From NCBI RefSeq assembly GCF_018977255.1, contig NW_024704743.1, positions 77,626,001-77,686,000 of the forward strand: a stretch of 60,000 bases of DNA, given 5' to 3'. Position 1 is the stretch's first letter; each line of letters starts with the position of its first letter. The notes under the pieces are model-generated. The model had not been told where the DNA came from, searched no databases, and worked only from the letters and a program-made list of their open reading frames with translations. This DNA comes from Callorhinchus milii. Lineage: Eukaryota. The position numbers and the translations under genes are program-made. Of the stretch, positions 36,446 to 51,084 are shown piece by piece.

Positions 36446-39400
36446 GATATACTAGTGCAGTTCCCTGACATACTAGTGCAGTCTTAGTAACCCTAAATTC
36501 ATACACTTTGTTCAGTGGCTATTTTACAGAATTGTTGTTCTAGTAATAATAATAACTGCATTTTATACAGTGCCTTATCATGTGTCAAAATATTTGAAAG
36601 TGCTTCCCAGGATTTACTGTAAAGTGCGCTGACTGTGTATTTGTAGGTGCATTTGTGTTTTGTTATTAATGTGCTGACAAGCAAATACAGAACATACCTT
36701 TTCTCCCAGTCATCAGAGGAACTGAAAATATTTTAAAGAAAAAGGTACCAAACAAAGAAAGATTAAACTAATAAACAAGTGACTCAGAGTGTTTATGTGA
36801 GAGTACAAGACCTCAGTAAATTATCTCTTGTTTGTAATCAGCTTTATTTTATTCTGTTTTCTCTGTGTTCTTAATTGCAACAAAATTTTGACCCAATTTC
36901 TCCTGCCTTTAACCATCCTTTTTTGTGGTTAATTCTTTCCCTCCTTTCTTTGTGTCGGGAGTCTTCAGGCCTTGCTTTAGTTTGCCCCATCACTAAACAA
37001 TACTTACATATGGTGGTTCTTAGAAAAATAACACTTCGGCACTAATAAAAATGCACTCAGATTCCAAGTAAGATACCTAAACATCACAGGGAAAATATAT
37101 ATAACATTCTATTCAAGGGAATACTTTTCAAACTACTGCCATAACAATATGTCCAATAAAAACCTGTTACTGCAATGTCTCGATATGAACTGAAAACCAC
37201 ATTAAACATATCACAGGGGAACACAGGAAACCAGGGGTTATATGCCCTACTTATGGACTATAATTGTTTGGCTTTGTTTACTATAAGATAACATGTAATC
37301 AGATAGGAGCCTAAGAAAACCGAGTTACTGGGGCCATGAAAGCAGTACTACTCACGTTTTGATTATGTGCTTGTAAACTGGGAAGATGTTCATTATCAAT
37401 GCAAGATGGGTTTATGTAAATGTTGAATGCAGAGGTAAACAAAAAAGGCAAGTGCCATATGCCATTCTACATACCGACAGCAGCAATGAGCATGGGGGAC
37501 TATTTTGTCATTAGCGCCCAGCACTGTGAAGGTGGCTCTTCATTTAGCCCCATGCTGGACTTTCATTACGATAGACTTGTATCAGATGGTGTTTTTGGCT
37601 CAGTGCTGACATTCAGTACTCCTCAGTTGGGAGAACTACGGATGCTTCAGAAACACAGCAGGTGTCTGGTTGGACTTCTTTTCCCTAGCAGATGCTCAGG
37701 CAGGCTTGTAAATGGCCACCTTTGTTGCTATAGTGTAGCATCAAGTCACGAAGAATAAAAACCTTGTTCACTCCTCTCCCCACCACACACACACACACCA
37801 CAAAGCAAGAAAATGTTGAAGATCGTGAAAGTATTATTATTATTATTATTATTAAAGTAGCGAATAACAGAAACCTTTAATCTCTTAAAATCCTGAATTA
37901 TCAGAAAGCATACCTAATGATTGACCCATGAGGCAGGAGAAGTGTATTATTTCCAACCCATGTTTAAACTAAAGGCTTCACAATCGCGTTTGACAGAATG
38001 TAACTTTCTCCACTTTAGCTGATCCATTCAATATAATCGCTTCTGCTGCAGTGTGAAATGACACAAAGATTGCACAGCAACAGAGTATACCATCTCTCAG
38101 GGATGACAAGCTGGTAAGACCAGTCAACCCCATCCATTCCAAACAACAGAGGCATTGATAGCTGACAGGACGAAGTTTACATGTTCTTCTCTTTTTAGTC
38201 AAAATAAAGTGCATAATAATATAAGAAGATAAAAATCAGGGAAATCCTGCAGAAAACAAGTTATGAGGGAAAGAGGAAATTTAGCAGTCAGATATAAATA
38301 AATATTCCCTTGATAACATTAAATGATATCTTGACCTAATTCATGCATTGTTGGTTTCAGAAATCTGCAAAAGGAGCTCAGGTTCAACAACCTATTTTAA
38401 AAATATTTATTGTCTGCAATTTCCTTGTTTCTCTCAGATATGGAAGACGCCTTATTTAAGGAGAATGAAACAACTCAGTGTTTGCATACACGTGCCAGTA
38501 TCCTCTTCCTTCCAGTCAATTTTTTTGGCAGACTATTACTGGTAATACTTATGTCCTTTTTCACAAGACGTTAAGTCAACACTATTCTGATTCCAATTTT
38601 AAACAGAATACAGTAGATACACAGTCAATTTCAAAAACCCACAGTAATGTTTGGGACATCCTCCCGACGTGAAAGGCGCTATATAAATATAATTTTGTTG
38701 TTGTTGTTTCTATCACAGATAGCCAAAATATTGCTATCATTCTAAAATTCTATGAACCTTTGAATCTATGAATGCAGTGTGTGATGTGTTTATTAGCACT
38801 AGTGATAAGGATGCACTAAAAGGGTAATTAACGACTGGAACAGGTTCCAGGTAGGATGGTTGAAGCCAGGACACTGGTCTAATTTAACAAATTACTTAAT
38901 ATAATAGTGGGAAGAAGGTAAAATGGGTATTCTGGAAAATGAGACCTGATGGGCTGAAAGGCCTTCTTCACCCAAATGAATCTTGTGATCACATCGACAG
39001 TAAATGCAGTTCAAATATATTGTTAACAACCTGTCCTTACCACTCACCGCTGACTTCTGGAGATAGATTTGCCCAGAGATTCTGTGGTATAGTCTGATGT
39101 CTGGCACACAATGGCCTTATCATTTAAAAATGAAGTTCAGTACTGATAAATATAAGAAATTTGCATGGATGAATAGCAGGTACATGTAGTCCATGAATGG
39201 GATAAAACCTACCAAGGGGGAAGATGAAAGAGACCCAAGAGATGAAAGAGACCATGTCAATCGTGATTCAAGACTTACATTTTAAAAGCAAACAAATTTT
39301 AGAGGACTCAAAATTATTCCCTGCCACATTAGGGTTAAGGTAACAGCATCTCATCCCTGTTTCACCACCCCCTGGATTATTTAAAGACAGCTTTTGGCGA

Positions 39401-40581
39401 AGCAGGGTGAAATTTTGCTTGCACAACTGGGAATAATATGGGCCACGATTGTCATCTCACAACAAAGTAGGCCGTCGATCTTTTATCTGCAGAAATTGTG
39501 GGCAAAATCTTCCTCCAGAAACTTGGGGGTGTGTGTGTGTGGGGGGGGGGGGGGTTATTAGGGGAAGCTGCCCATGTTTAAGCTTGTCATTAATAATAGG
39601 TTGTAAGGAGACATTATAACCTATTATTTTCTCTTAGTTTCATAATTGCTGGGTACAATTGGCTGCCTCATTTCGCCTACAAAATACAATCACTCCACTT
39701 CATATTGTATCCTGTGAATCACTTTGAGATGTCTCAACAACATGATAAGGCGCTATATCAAATACATGTATTATTATTATTATCATGTTACATGCCACAT
39801 TTTTCCTCCAATTGTCTGAACGACTTTAAGTATAAGTGTAAAATGGCAGTAAAATACACACTCAGATATCAAGGTGAAGATTTCACTTTACGCAGTTGCT
39901 GTTATCCACACAAGGTACAATGCCAGAGGATTTGGACAAGAACCCATGAAGTTTGCTCTGAATAATAGAATATCACAATGGAGCCTCCTACTTGTTCTTT
40001 CATTTAAGTCAAAGATGTTCACAAAGCACCTGAAGTGCTTTTTATTTGCCTTGAGATTGTTCACTCTTCAGTTGTGAAATAAGATTGCAATACCTGTCCT
40101 CTGTGTCATTGTTATAGCTTAACATAGTTACACTTTAACCTTTACAATTAACTAATAATCTTTTGAGGCACTTCAGGAACTGTGTATTTCCACTTCCTCT
40201 GCACACGCAAGGTGATGCCTGGAACAAGACAAACAGGCTCTGAATTGGACTACTACACTTTAAATGCCGGGAGTACAATGCAGGGATTCGAAGCCTTCAG
40301 CACCAAGTCTATGAATGTTTGGATCGTCTTCTTATCCTCAGAGAATTAGAATTATTTTCAATGAGCAAAGTGCAGATTATGAAAAAAATAACTCGGGGAG
40401 GAAATGCTTTGACATGTTTTCATTGAGCATTGAATTAAGAAGATGCAATATGCATTTAAAGAATTAAGCCAAACTACCTATATTAATATGCCCCACGAGT
40501 GTGGAGAGAAGCTACAAAGATAACATTTTCCATTTGTAATAATCCAAATGCATTCCAGGCCTGCAAATGCTCTTGTACCAA

Positions 40582-40596
40582 AGCGCCACCTACTGA
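40582..40596 (-). promoter_or_regulatory. CTCF-like motif
   Basis: AGCGCCACCTACTGA (reverse complement TCAGTAGGTGGCGCT) resembles the CTCF core; lies in repeat-free sequence. Confidence 0.5.
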
Positions 40597-41659
40597 TACC
40601 TGCCTGAAATTAGCATCTCTTTGAAAGCACTGAGTCCCAGATGTTGGCTCTTATTCTCTTGCCAAGTAGCATAGAGCACTTCCATTCAGCTCCCTTTAGG
40701 ATTTTGCTCCGTGAACCTCTTGTGCGTCAGCTATTCTTTGCACATCCCTGTCACTTCATATCATCAAGTAACTCGGGAATTGTGCTGAAGTTCTGCAAAG
40801 CACAGACCAGTGGCTGGCATGTCTCAATAAATAGTCAGTCTGAAGTTATGTATCTGATAAATATGCTGGAAGTTACAAATAATGTCATGAAATAAAGCAA
40901 GTGGCCTGGTGACAGTGACATGGACCTGTCACAATGTATAAAAATGATTCACCCTGATTCCCGCATCACTGTCAGCTCAAGCCCAAGGCCCTGAAGGGTT
41001 TGACTTATTTTTGTTAGCAACAAAGAAAATTACAGTCTTAAAGACATACAAAGCAGGGCATGTCTCCAAGCAGTGTTGTTTTCACAGTGCATTATAAGAC
41101 TATGTCATGGTTTGTATCATTCACTTGTTCAGAATTGGTTCTCAAAGGGCATTTTTATTCAGGATGGTCACAAAGAGCTCATCTGACTGAAACATGACTT
41201 GAAGTAAACTAATGTTAAGTGTAGGCACAAGTCAAGTCTCCACACAAGGGAAATATATTTCTGAATTTAAGGGAGGGTTATTAAAATAAAGGGGAATCCA
41301 CTATAAAGGCCTTTGCTGGCGTGCTGCCTCGCTTATAGGTGTGCCTGTTGGTCCTGTGGATCTACTGTGGAGCCATACTAACAGGAAGAGTGAATCAACT
41401 GGCTCCTGTGCTATAACATGGCTGACTTCCAGGTCATTAGGCCACTGCTATTTTCACTTACCCCACATTTGCGCTTGCATGCTGCACACAGGAAGCACTG
41501 CTAATACCACTTCCTGCATGTTACACCTGCATGCTATGTGCAGGAAGCACCACCAATGACACTTCCTTCACATGTAGGGTGCAAAGCAAATGGCATCAGC
41601 AGCAGCATGATGACCTGGAAGACAGCCATTTTCCCGTGGTTCACTTTTAAATCAGCTGC

Positions 41660-42097
41660 TGAGACATTGGACTTGGCATTCACGTGGGTAGCCTCCGGGT
41701 CAGAGAGATATGGGTTGAAGCCTCACATCAGGCATTTTTTGGGGGGACATCCTCCTGACATGAAAGGCACTATAAAATGTAATTTGTTGTTGAATCACTT
41801 CAGCGTAGTGATTGGGTGTGCTGCATTATGAGAGGTGCTATTTCTCAGATGAGAAATAAAACAGGTCCTGTCTGACTGTTCATCATCGCATGATACAATC
41901 CAAAAAGAGAAGGGAGTTTGTCCTCCAGCTAAACTGATCTTCAATCACCTCACAGTTGTTTGTGGGACCTTACTATGTATAAAATGGCTGTTGCGTTTGC
42001 TGTATAAAAAATCATTGCTATACTTGGAGGTGATCTTCAAAAGGCACTTTTGATGTTTTAGACCATGATACGTTGCTTTAAAATATGAGTTCTTTCC
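41660..42097 (+). mobile_element. Old Deu-domain SINE, near full length, with a nested tail fragment
   Basis: Head gggtcagagag...gggttgaagcc; cagatgag...aaacaggtcctgtctg; gtttgtgggaccttactatgtataaaatggctg. Confidence 0.65.
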
Positions 42098-42284
42098 CAC
42101 AACAATTTGTGCCAGTGTTGCCTCTCTTCAGGGCTTAGTTCTGTCCATATTCATCTGGTTTGTCTTACTCACCAGATTCTCTGAGGTTTTCCTGTTCTCT
42201 GAGCTCCTGATATTGTTTCTCCAGAAACAATTAGTAATTCAGAGTAATCATTCTTTTTACAAAAAAAATTAGGATGAAAATTGT

Positions 42285-42570
42285 GACACGTGATATATTG
42301 ATTGATGGCACTGGAGCTCATTAGTACATTGTTGAGAAAAAGCGACCGGTCCATGCGTTAAATTCAACAGGTGTGCCACTGACAGACTCCCCTGTCCTGA
42401 AGCAGTTCATAATGTTCTCACTCAGAAACTGCCCACTGGACTGTCAGCTCAGAGCACACTGGCTTTCTTCTAGTTTTTTTGTTGATAGAAGCCATTAACC
42501 GGCAGCACAAATGTTGCCAACTACAAGCCGGCAATCCAATGTATGGTGTTAATTAACACAACACATGTCT
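42285..42570. promoter_or_regulatory. Candidate enhancer with PBX-HOX and MEIS sites
   Basis: TGATTGATGG 42299-42308, TGACAG 42380-42385, CTGTCA 42441-42446, GTTAATTAAC near 42550. Confidence 0.4.
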
Positions 42571-43184
42571 TAATTTACACCCTTTTTTTAAATAAAAAGT
42601 TACACCAAATTACTAATAGATTTTGAAGAAACAATATGGCTTCTGGGCTCAAATATTTATCCAATTCCCTTTTAATTGCTATTGTGCACTCAGCTTCAAA
42701 AGCCATTTGTAATGAAGCATGCCATATGCAAGGAACACTTTGAGTATATAAAAAAAATTTGATACAATGCCTTTCACATCAGACCCTTTCACATCAATTC
42801 TAAATTATTTTTCTCTTCAGGTAGTGCTCCTCCATGTATGCCCTCTTGTTACTGATTCACTGATTTGTGCCTTTTAAATATAGGGTATTCCTTGGTGTCT
42901 AGATTTAGAAATTTACCATAAATGAAGAAAAAACAAACAGTCGGGTTTTGCGAAATGCTTCAATTAAATATTAAAGACTTTAGTCCTCTGACATGACTTC
43001 AACAGACATGTTTTCATTGATGTGCTTAAGAACTACTCACTATAAAAATACTGATCTCGGTAGGAGACATACCTCCATAATAGACAATCTTTGGGACTGT
43101 ACTGTCATACACAGAGCATATTGTGACAAAGAGAATGTATATCAGAAAACAGAACTATAGGTTTTATTGATTCAACTGATAGGA

Positions 43185-43676
43185 TTCTTGCCTTTGAAGC
43201 AGAAGGCTAGGGGTTCAACCTTCACAATTTGATAGCTAGGCTGACATTTTAGGTGAGTACTATGATGGACTGCTGTCGTACAAACACACAGTCACACACC
43301 TCCCACTAAAATCCTCTAAAATGATTTGAGACATCGCTATGATAATCACAATAATCCTTACATTTGGTAAAGCATCTTACCCATTGGGAGGACGTCTCAA
43401 AACACTTTACAGGATATACTCAAGTAGAGTGACTGTGAATCTTGAGGAACAATGTGACAAGATGCTATACTGAGGTCCTGGATTGTAAAGATCCCATAAT
43501 ATTGCAGGTATTTGAAAAAAGGGAATTCCTCTCAGTGTCCTTGCCAGGAATCCTCCAGATTAATTGATCATTTACCTCATGGCTGCCGGTTTGCCTACAA
43601 ATACATTATACTTGACAGTAATTAATTGTGAAGCATTTTGAAATGATAAGGTGCTATAAAAATCAAGTTCTTTCTT
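43185..43676 (+). mobile_element. Old Deu-domain SINE with an antisense tail insertion (~43345-43470)
   Basis: tcttgcctttgaagcagaaggctaggggttcaa head; gtaaagatcccat...cagtgtccttgcca core. Confidence 0.6.
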
Positions 43677-45107
43677 AATAAATAATGCAACATTAGATGT
43701 CACAATAGATCAAACCTTTTATTGTGTATCCTTGATCTAGACATTCAATGGGTTATTCCTTGGGTCGCCCAATAATTTATTAGTACTGTACTCTCCTATG
43801 TAATAAACAGGCACGATAAAGCCACTTGCATAAAGAGAATGAAAAGAAACAGTGATATGGGGTGAAAAGTTTCTTTAAAAAAAAGCCAAATGCATATCTT
43901 GTTAATTGTTAAAATCAATAGCAAAAATTTACTGGGATTAATATAGTTTAGAGATATATTCATGAAGGGGTTAATTTTTTTAAAAAAACAATTGATGGTA
44001 AGAACTGAATTGCATTTGCTGTTTGTGGGTTAAGTCCATACTTGTATAGAATTATGAAAAGGTAAGTACAGCATTGCCAAAATGACCTTTGAGACCCCAT
44101 ATCATTTCTTGCCTATTAAGGCAATCTTGTTTTGAATCAACCTTTACCAACTGCTGATTTTCTGTAGACAGTAATTAGATACAATTTTCCCCATAGAATT
44201 TTACCAGTCTCCCCATAGAGTTTACCAGTCTCCCCATAAAAAAACAATTAGCTGATTCAGACTAAAATCCAGATTGTTAATGGTTTCATAGCAACTATCA
44301 TGCTGTAATTTGTTTTGCTAATTGCTGCAATCGGTTTTGTTAAATTTGTGAAACCTGTCTGTATAATCCTGCAAATTGAAGAGTTAATGTGCTTTCACGG
44401 CTTTCTTCCCCTTTCTTTAATTATTTTTCTTGTGTTAAATCTACAGCCTTTTCTCTACTAAATACACCACTTGTCAGCTCCACATTCGATTGCTCAGTGC
44501 AGAGTCGGCTGGATCTGTGAATTTCTGCAGGCTTTGGCCGATTGAGGGGTGGGGTTGAGTTGAGGAATGGAATTGATGATAAAACGCTCCGAGACATTAG
44601 GCTATGTGAAGGGCACTATATAAATGCAAGTTATTGTTATTCTTGTAACCAGTGACCGAATCACTTCAGTAAAAGTCAAGATTCGAGTCAACATGGATTG
44701 CTTATTTTAAAAACAAAAATTGGCGAGGAATGCTGCATTTCATAATAAATTCAAAGCACCTTTGATAATTATCAAATTTGTTATGAAATGTATTATTTTT
44801 TTAACCCCTGTGTGGATGAAACTAATGACAGGATTGCAAGCAAGCTTTTTATATTTTAGCAATCTCACTGTAGATCATATATATATATTCATATATATGT
44901 AAACCGACGATCGTATATTTCTAAATGAGTGAAAGGATTTCTGTTTTTATTTGTTTCCAGGATGATAATATGATGGTATGGGATCTCGGTCCTGTTGATG
45001 ATTAGCACTCAATAAGCTTGCGGTGATTAGACCCATTCTCCATTCCTTCACTGCGGATGTCACCACACATTAACCACACGGGAGCATTGCCGCTGGCTTC
45101 CAGAGCA

Positions 45108-45235
45108 ACAATAATAATAATAATAACGCATTTGATATAGCACCTTATCACGTCTTCAAGACGTCTCAAAGCCCTTCACAAAATATACTATAAAGTGAAT
45201 TGACTGCATATTTTGTGGGCGAAACACAATAGCCA
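45108..45235 (-). mobile_element. 5'-truncated SINE tail
   Basis: Same tail motif as the other copies. Confidence 0.8.
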
Positions 45236-46699
45236 CAGCCACCCAAACAATAAGAAACAGATCCCAAACTGAAGAGAAGATCCCCAGTGACCTTCACAAT
45301 GTATATATCATTAAAAGAAAATATTCACCCTCAAGTGGTGGCAAGGTTACAATCGCTGGATTCAGATGGATTTTCTAAACTACCTGAATTTTGCTCTTAC
45401 AGCTTACAACATCATCTGAAATCCTCCATGTGATAATTGCCTGGTAACACTCCCAGCTATGCATTATTCTCTATTTAACTTTTTTTTATTGTTAAGGTTC
45501 ACATAAAAATAGTTGACAGTAGAATAAACAAATAAGAAATTGAAAAGGGCCCAGGGAGAAGAAAGCTCAGGACTTCAAAGGGAGCTTCACTGTTAATGTA
45601 ATGTAACGAAGGGAACAGCAATGGTCATCTCCTATTTTTTTTAAACTCAGTGCTTCTATCCAAATCATGTGCTGAAGTAAAGTGAGCTGGCTTACAGCAA
45701 AAAAAAGGAAATTGGGATCAGAAAAGATTATATTTCAAAAATAGAACAAAGGATAAGTTTCCATGTTTTTTATGGAACTGGCAACTTAATATATATATAA
45801 AAAAAAGTTGTCACATGTAATCATTTTTCAGTTTGCTTAATACTTTATGATCAATATACTCCGTTGTGTAAAAGTATTGAAAATAATATCTGGGTGGGAT
45901 CTGCTGTGGAGTGCTCGTTCTTTAAAGATTACCGGCTTATAAAGTGAAATGAGAAGTTCAAGGTGCCAAGTGACAACACCGTTTAACTCACTTTTCTTGA
46001 CAGAAAAATAAAAGCTTTATTATTACGCTCAGCAAGGTTTGTGGATTGTGGCATTCCAGATAGACGCTTCTTTTAATTAGTTTAAAAATAAAAATGTGAT
46101 TGACTAATAAATTAAGATGTACTGTTACGGAATTATGTGTGTGTGTGTGTCTGTGTGTATGTGGCTGGAGAAGAAATATGTGAATCCCAAATGGATTTGG
46201 GGTCTTTTGTGATTCAAATAAGTCATGGTGTATTGCAGAAAATGCTGAATTCATTCTGAACAAGAAGACTTATCTCCCAATACAAAATTGTATTGTGAAG
46301 ATTATTAACTGGTTTCAGTCAAAGCTCAAATCTTAGCTATTATGGAGAAGGAAAAATGGAGGATACTTCACGCAGCACTGTGTAACCGGATATTTATTTC
46401 TTCATGTGAGATGACCACAGAATATGAAGCCCCACAGAGTCGAAGCTAATCACCCTCACTCATACAAATCACAATAATGTCCCACAAAACCACAGGTCAA
46501 GAGTAACGGTATGAGTTGCATTAAGGAAATAGTAATTAGTGTGATTTAAATATTTTGCTTTTTAGCCTGGAAAGAGAAAGTAAATCATAGGCATATACAG
46601 GACCAGTAATGGGTATTATGATTCATGTGGCTGATTCTCAAGTAAAAACAAACACAGGTTACTCTACAGTTAATACCACTCAATTGATTTTTTCCCCAA

Positions 46700-47330
46700 A
46701 TATTTGTCTACCAATTAATTTGTTCTTGAATTCATTGACACAATCTGCCTCCACTGTTGCCCTGGCTTGTCTATTGCACACATTCACTGTAAAAAAAGAA
46801 TGAAATCTGAACCTTTTCTGAGCATTAGTCTGCTCCCCTTGTTGTAGATTTATTTGACCATATGAAGCATGTTATTGGGGTTCAGTTTATCTAAACCGGT
46901 GGTGGTTAACCATTTAGGCCAACCTTTTGTATATTCTAACTTATAGAAATAACAAAAACGGCATAGATTTATGCCATCGATCAAGAAATATTCAATCGAG
47001 AAACATTTTTGTTATAGATTTGGCCAGAATTAGGTGGCCAAACAGTTTAGCCAGCACTGATGTCGAACACCCTTTAGGATCCTGAATACTTCTCTAAAAT
47101 CTCCCCTGAGCATTCTCTTCACCAGTGTGAAAGTAGGTTGTCCTTTGGAAATTATTTGTGCCGTTTGATTGAATTCCTCACCTCTCAGGTACGATACTCC
47201 TTCTCAGGCCCCCAATTGGTCACAATCTATACGTAGGTTGCATTGAACAGTAGCTTGGATGATTCTTCCTCCTTTACCATGACACAAATTAGACCAAGAA
47301 CTCATTGTATAGGATTTCGAATGTTGTGAG
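46700..47330 (-). mobile_element. Degraded CR1 fragment
   Basis: Antisense resembles LRGD..EVF.I and adjacent CR1 ORF2 C-terminal motifs. Confidence 0.55.
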
Positions 47331-49524
47331 CCTTTCTCACACAAACATGTTTTAGTTTCCATATTGCTTGCTATTAGTGAGCTAAAATGTTATTGCAGTG
47401 TACATGTAATGGTATAATGCTATGGCATTGCACTATTGCAGTGTATTGGTTTGTCAGTGTGCTTTGCAATGGGATACTGGGATGTGGCCTTGCTTTTACA
47501 CATTCAAACATGGTGAACTCTCAATTACAGTCATGTCTCTGTTAGGAAGGTCAGCAACCAATGAGATCACTAACTAGTGGGATCAATTGCAAGAGGGCAT
47601 GATCAGGAAATGGAACCCTGGCTAGTTTCCATCTTCCTAAGCCTGGGAAGACCAGGATCTACTTAACCTCCCATATAATCCTGGCTGAGACTAACATGGA
47701 TTCAAACCAGCGCATCCTGGTCCATAGGCTGCAGCTCTGTCCCCTATACCATTGAGCTGTCCCTTATGTTGCACTCATCTCCAACAACATTCTCCTATGC
47801 CTGATAGATTAAATATACCTTAAAATAAAAAGTTTCCTGGACTGATCAGCACCTTGGGACCTCATCCCAACATGAAAAGAGCTACATAAATGTAAATTTA
47901 TATTGTGTATATTGTTAAAAGGATACTCTTCAGAGGAATCTCCTTGGTTTGTGTCACTTTCACTAAATACAGTAGATCTTTTACCATCAATTCTCAGATG
48001 AAATGTAATTAAAATGACCTCTGGGCGTCTGCAGAAACGGTATTCCTATAAGGTTTAAAGCTTTACAAACACATGAATTGGTTCATATATCTGCATTACA
48101 TGTGCTTTATTTTCATCGAAACTATGTTTTACTTAAAAAGGGTTGAACTTTCACAATTATTTCAGACAACTCTTTCCATAAGAATAAGCTAACAATTGAT
48201 TAATTGATTAACAATCTGAGACATATTACCACTTAGTAAAATCCACTGAAAAGGTTGCAGTGAATGCGTTTAAAAAAAACAGGGAAAATATAGATGAGAC
48301 TAGATACGGTTAAATTAAGCTAAATGCTGATTTGAAAAAGGAAGTGTTTCTACAAGGGATACAACTGCATTAAAACAATGAACTGCAACATGTAGAACGG
48401 TTGTTTTTCTAACACACCCATAGAAGCGCTCCCGCTGTCAGACAGCAAGAGAGCAAGAAGGCAGGAAAAAGGCATCTTGCCTCAGGCAAGATGGCTTTTG
48501 CGTGTGCCCTTGTGCTCCCATTGTTTTCACTTAGGGTTAGGGGGAAAAAGCACTGCCGCAAGTCTCCTTCCCTGCTACTTCACCTTATAGAAACTAGTGG
48601 CCTTTATTTTCTTACATAAAGATGGAAAAAAAGCAACCTCGATGAATAAAACAGGTAAGTTACAAGCATTACGGCATTCCCCTAAATTTTGGGATCTTGA
48701 GTAGATGCACCAGCAACCTTTCCTCAGATTAATTGTTTTGTCTAGTGATCTACTAGCAGTATTGGTCTAGTATTTTATGAATGTTGATAGAACATTATTC
48801 AGCAGAAATTCACTCACCTTTCTGTGATATAAATACTATGTATTAATCCTCAATTTTTTCAAATGTGTTGACAGCAACTGAATCAGTACAGTCTGTATAT
48901 CATGAGGTTAATGGAAAACACCTGAAGGAGGCGACTGCACTGAGGATCACGAATTATCAGTATGTAGACTGAGCTTTGACTCTGTAAGCAGAAGTAGGTT
49001 CTTCAAGAAGAACACAATCATATGTGCCAAACTCTACACACTATTTATATAAAGACAAAGTAATAATACAGTGTGTACACAAAGAGGTGTTTTCACCCTA
49101 TGTAACTAACAGTTACTGTTTGGTAATGTCATTGACCTGTGAGGAGTGTGCTAGGGTTTCTGCTTCAACATATATGAGGAAGAATGGAATAGAAGGGTAC
49201 AGAAGAAAGGATTAGGTAGATAGAGACTTAGATTTTCGTAAAGCATATAAATAAATTCATACAAACCCATTTTTGATGAAACAAACCCACTTTTGGCTTA
49301 ATCTCCCCACTAATACTATTACATTAACTGTGAGACCGGATAGTGCTGACATTGGGTATTGTACATAATTGCAACACATTTTTTTTACTGGTACAGAGGT
49401 CCTTTTATAAAAGTCCCACTAACATACAACATCACTGTTATAGGCCACATTGTTTATGGCCCCTTATTACTGAGGCGAAAAATATAATACAACAACAAAA
49501 CAACATTTGTATAGCACCTTTCAT

Positions 49525-49665
49525 AATAATAATAATAATCCTTGCATTTGATATAGCGCTTTTCACGTCGGGAGAACGTCCCAAGGCGCTGGACAGACAG
49601 AGTTACGGACCCGAGCTGGGAGTCGGGGTGGGGGAGGGTGGAGGGCAGGGGAGGAAGCAGGGGGA
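49525..49665 (-). mobile_element. L2 3'UTR fragment ending in a SINE-type (TTA)n tail
   Basis: Reverse complement: ...cccagctcgggtcc...tgtccagcgccttgggacgttctcccgacgtgaaaagcgctatatcaaatgcaaggattatt. Confidence 0.8.
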
Positions 49666-51084
49666 TAATATGCCAAACTCCGCATCTTGTGAAATTATCA
49701 TAAAATTTATACCAGATATGCGGATGCGAATCCATGATTGCTCTGTAAAATTTCCCTTTCTTATTACATGACCCAATTGTTAAAAGAGGTCATACATTGT
49801 CCAGCATCACTCTTTCCCGGCACACAATGCGTCCCCAGGACTGTTCAGCTGAGCGGATAAAGGCAGCTCGAATGACCTAACAAGGTTAGCAAAAACACAC
49901 CAAGTTCGACATAAACATGGGACAGCACAAGGTAAAGTACTATAGAAAATGAAACCTATGCAGGACTGTTCTGTGGCTTATAAACCTTTCTTATGGTAAC
50001 TTATATCACCAGAACTTTTCACCTAAATTTATTCTTCAGTTGTTTTAATGGTTCCGAAAAGGATTATTGAAAGAAAGGGTCTGAGAGGGTCTGACTGTTG
50101 TAAAAGAGCATCTAAGTGTTGTATTTTCATCTGACTAAACCCTAAAAACGTTTTACTTCCAGCTTTTACATAATAATAAAATTCTATTTTTTAGTATTTG
50201 ATAAGGCAAGCATTGTCCCATCTTTTAGTAAACCTTTTTTTACCCTCTTTTTTACCCTCTTATTGCTCTACAGATAATGAAACACCCTGTCTAATTTTAC
50301 AATCAGACGGATGTGGAGCTGCATTGGTCTGTAAGCTTCTGGGGACACGTGGCATTTACAATGGAAATCATCAATTGGCTTTGCTTCTTCCTCCCTCAGC
50401 AGGTTTCATGCAGTTGCAATAAATGCTGCTGACTTCCCCGGTAGAAAACAATCAGATACGTTCATTTTGATAATGTCACTTAATTAGCCTCAGAACAGTG
50501 TGTCTTTTTAATGTAAGAAAGCCTGGCTTTTGTTTGGAACGTCTTAGATCTAGTTATAAAGACAAATATTATCATTTTGAAGTTGGATTACCTCCTTTTC
50601 TTTCTATTTTATACATTTTTTTTCCCAGTTCTTTTAGATTCTCCAGTCTCGGTGCTCTATTCCTTGACTAAGAGGGCTGGCAGATTACCTTGTTTCCTGT
50701 GTGTATTACATTGTCTCATAGGACAAAAATGCCCAGGCATCTGATTCCACTGATTTACTTTTCCCATCTCAGAGGAACACCCAATACATCGGTGTAACTT
50801 TTCTATTTCCCATATCAGCCTTCCTGTACTATGGAATTACACTTACTAAAGACTAGATTTAGACTTCTCAGAGTTATTTTCCTTAGGAACACTTTAGCCA
50901 GCAACGAGAGGAACTATTCTGGGCTGGATTCAAATATACACCCTTAGGAAGGAAAGCACACTGTTTTCATACAAATTACAATTGTGATATTATTCTCAAT
51001 GCATTCAGATGATCAATTGTTCCATACTTATAGAGAAAAATATCTGCAAACTCGGTTGGGGTGAAGATCCATCTAGTTCTAGAT

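Noticed and set aside
42173..42218. Minus-strand exon-like piece encoding KQYQELREQENLRES before GTGAGT
   Set aside because: Strong donor but weak acceptor and an upstream in-frame stop; no partner exons
44961..44975. 15-bp microexon-like unit (ttccAG|GATGATAATATGATG|GTATGG)
   Set aside because: No host gene identified, and such matches arise by chance; needs RNA-seq
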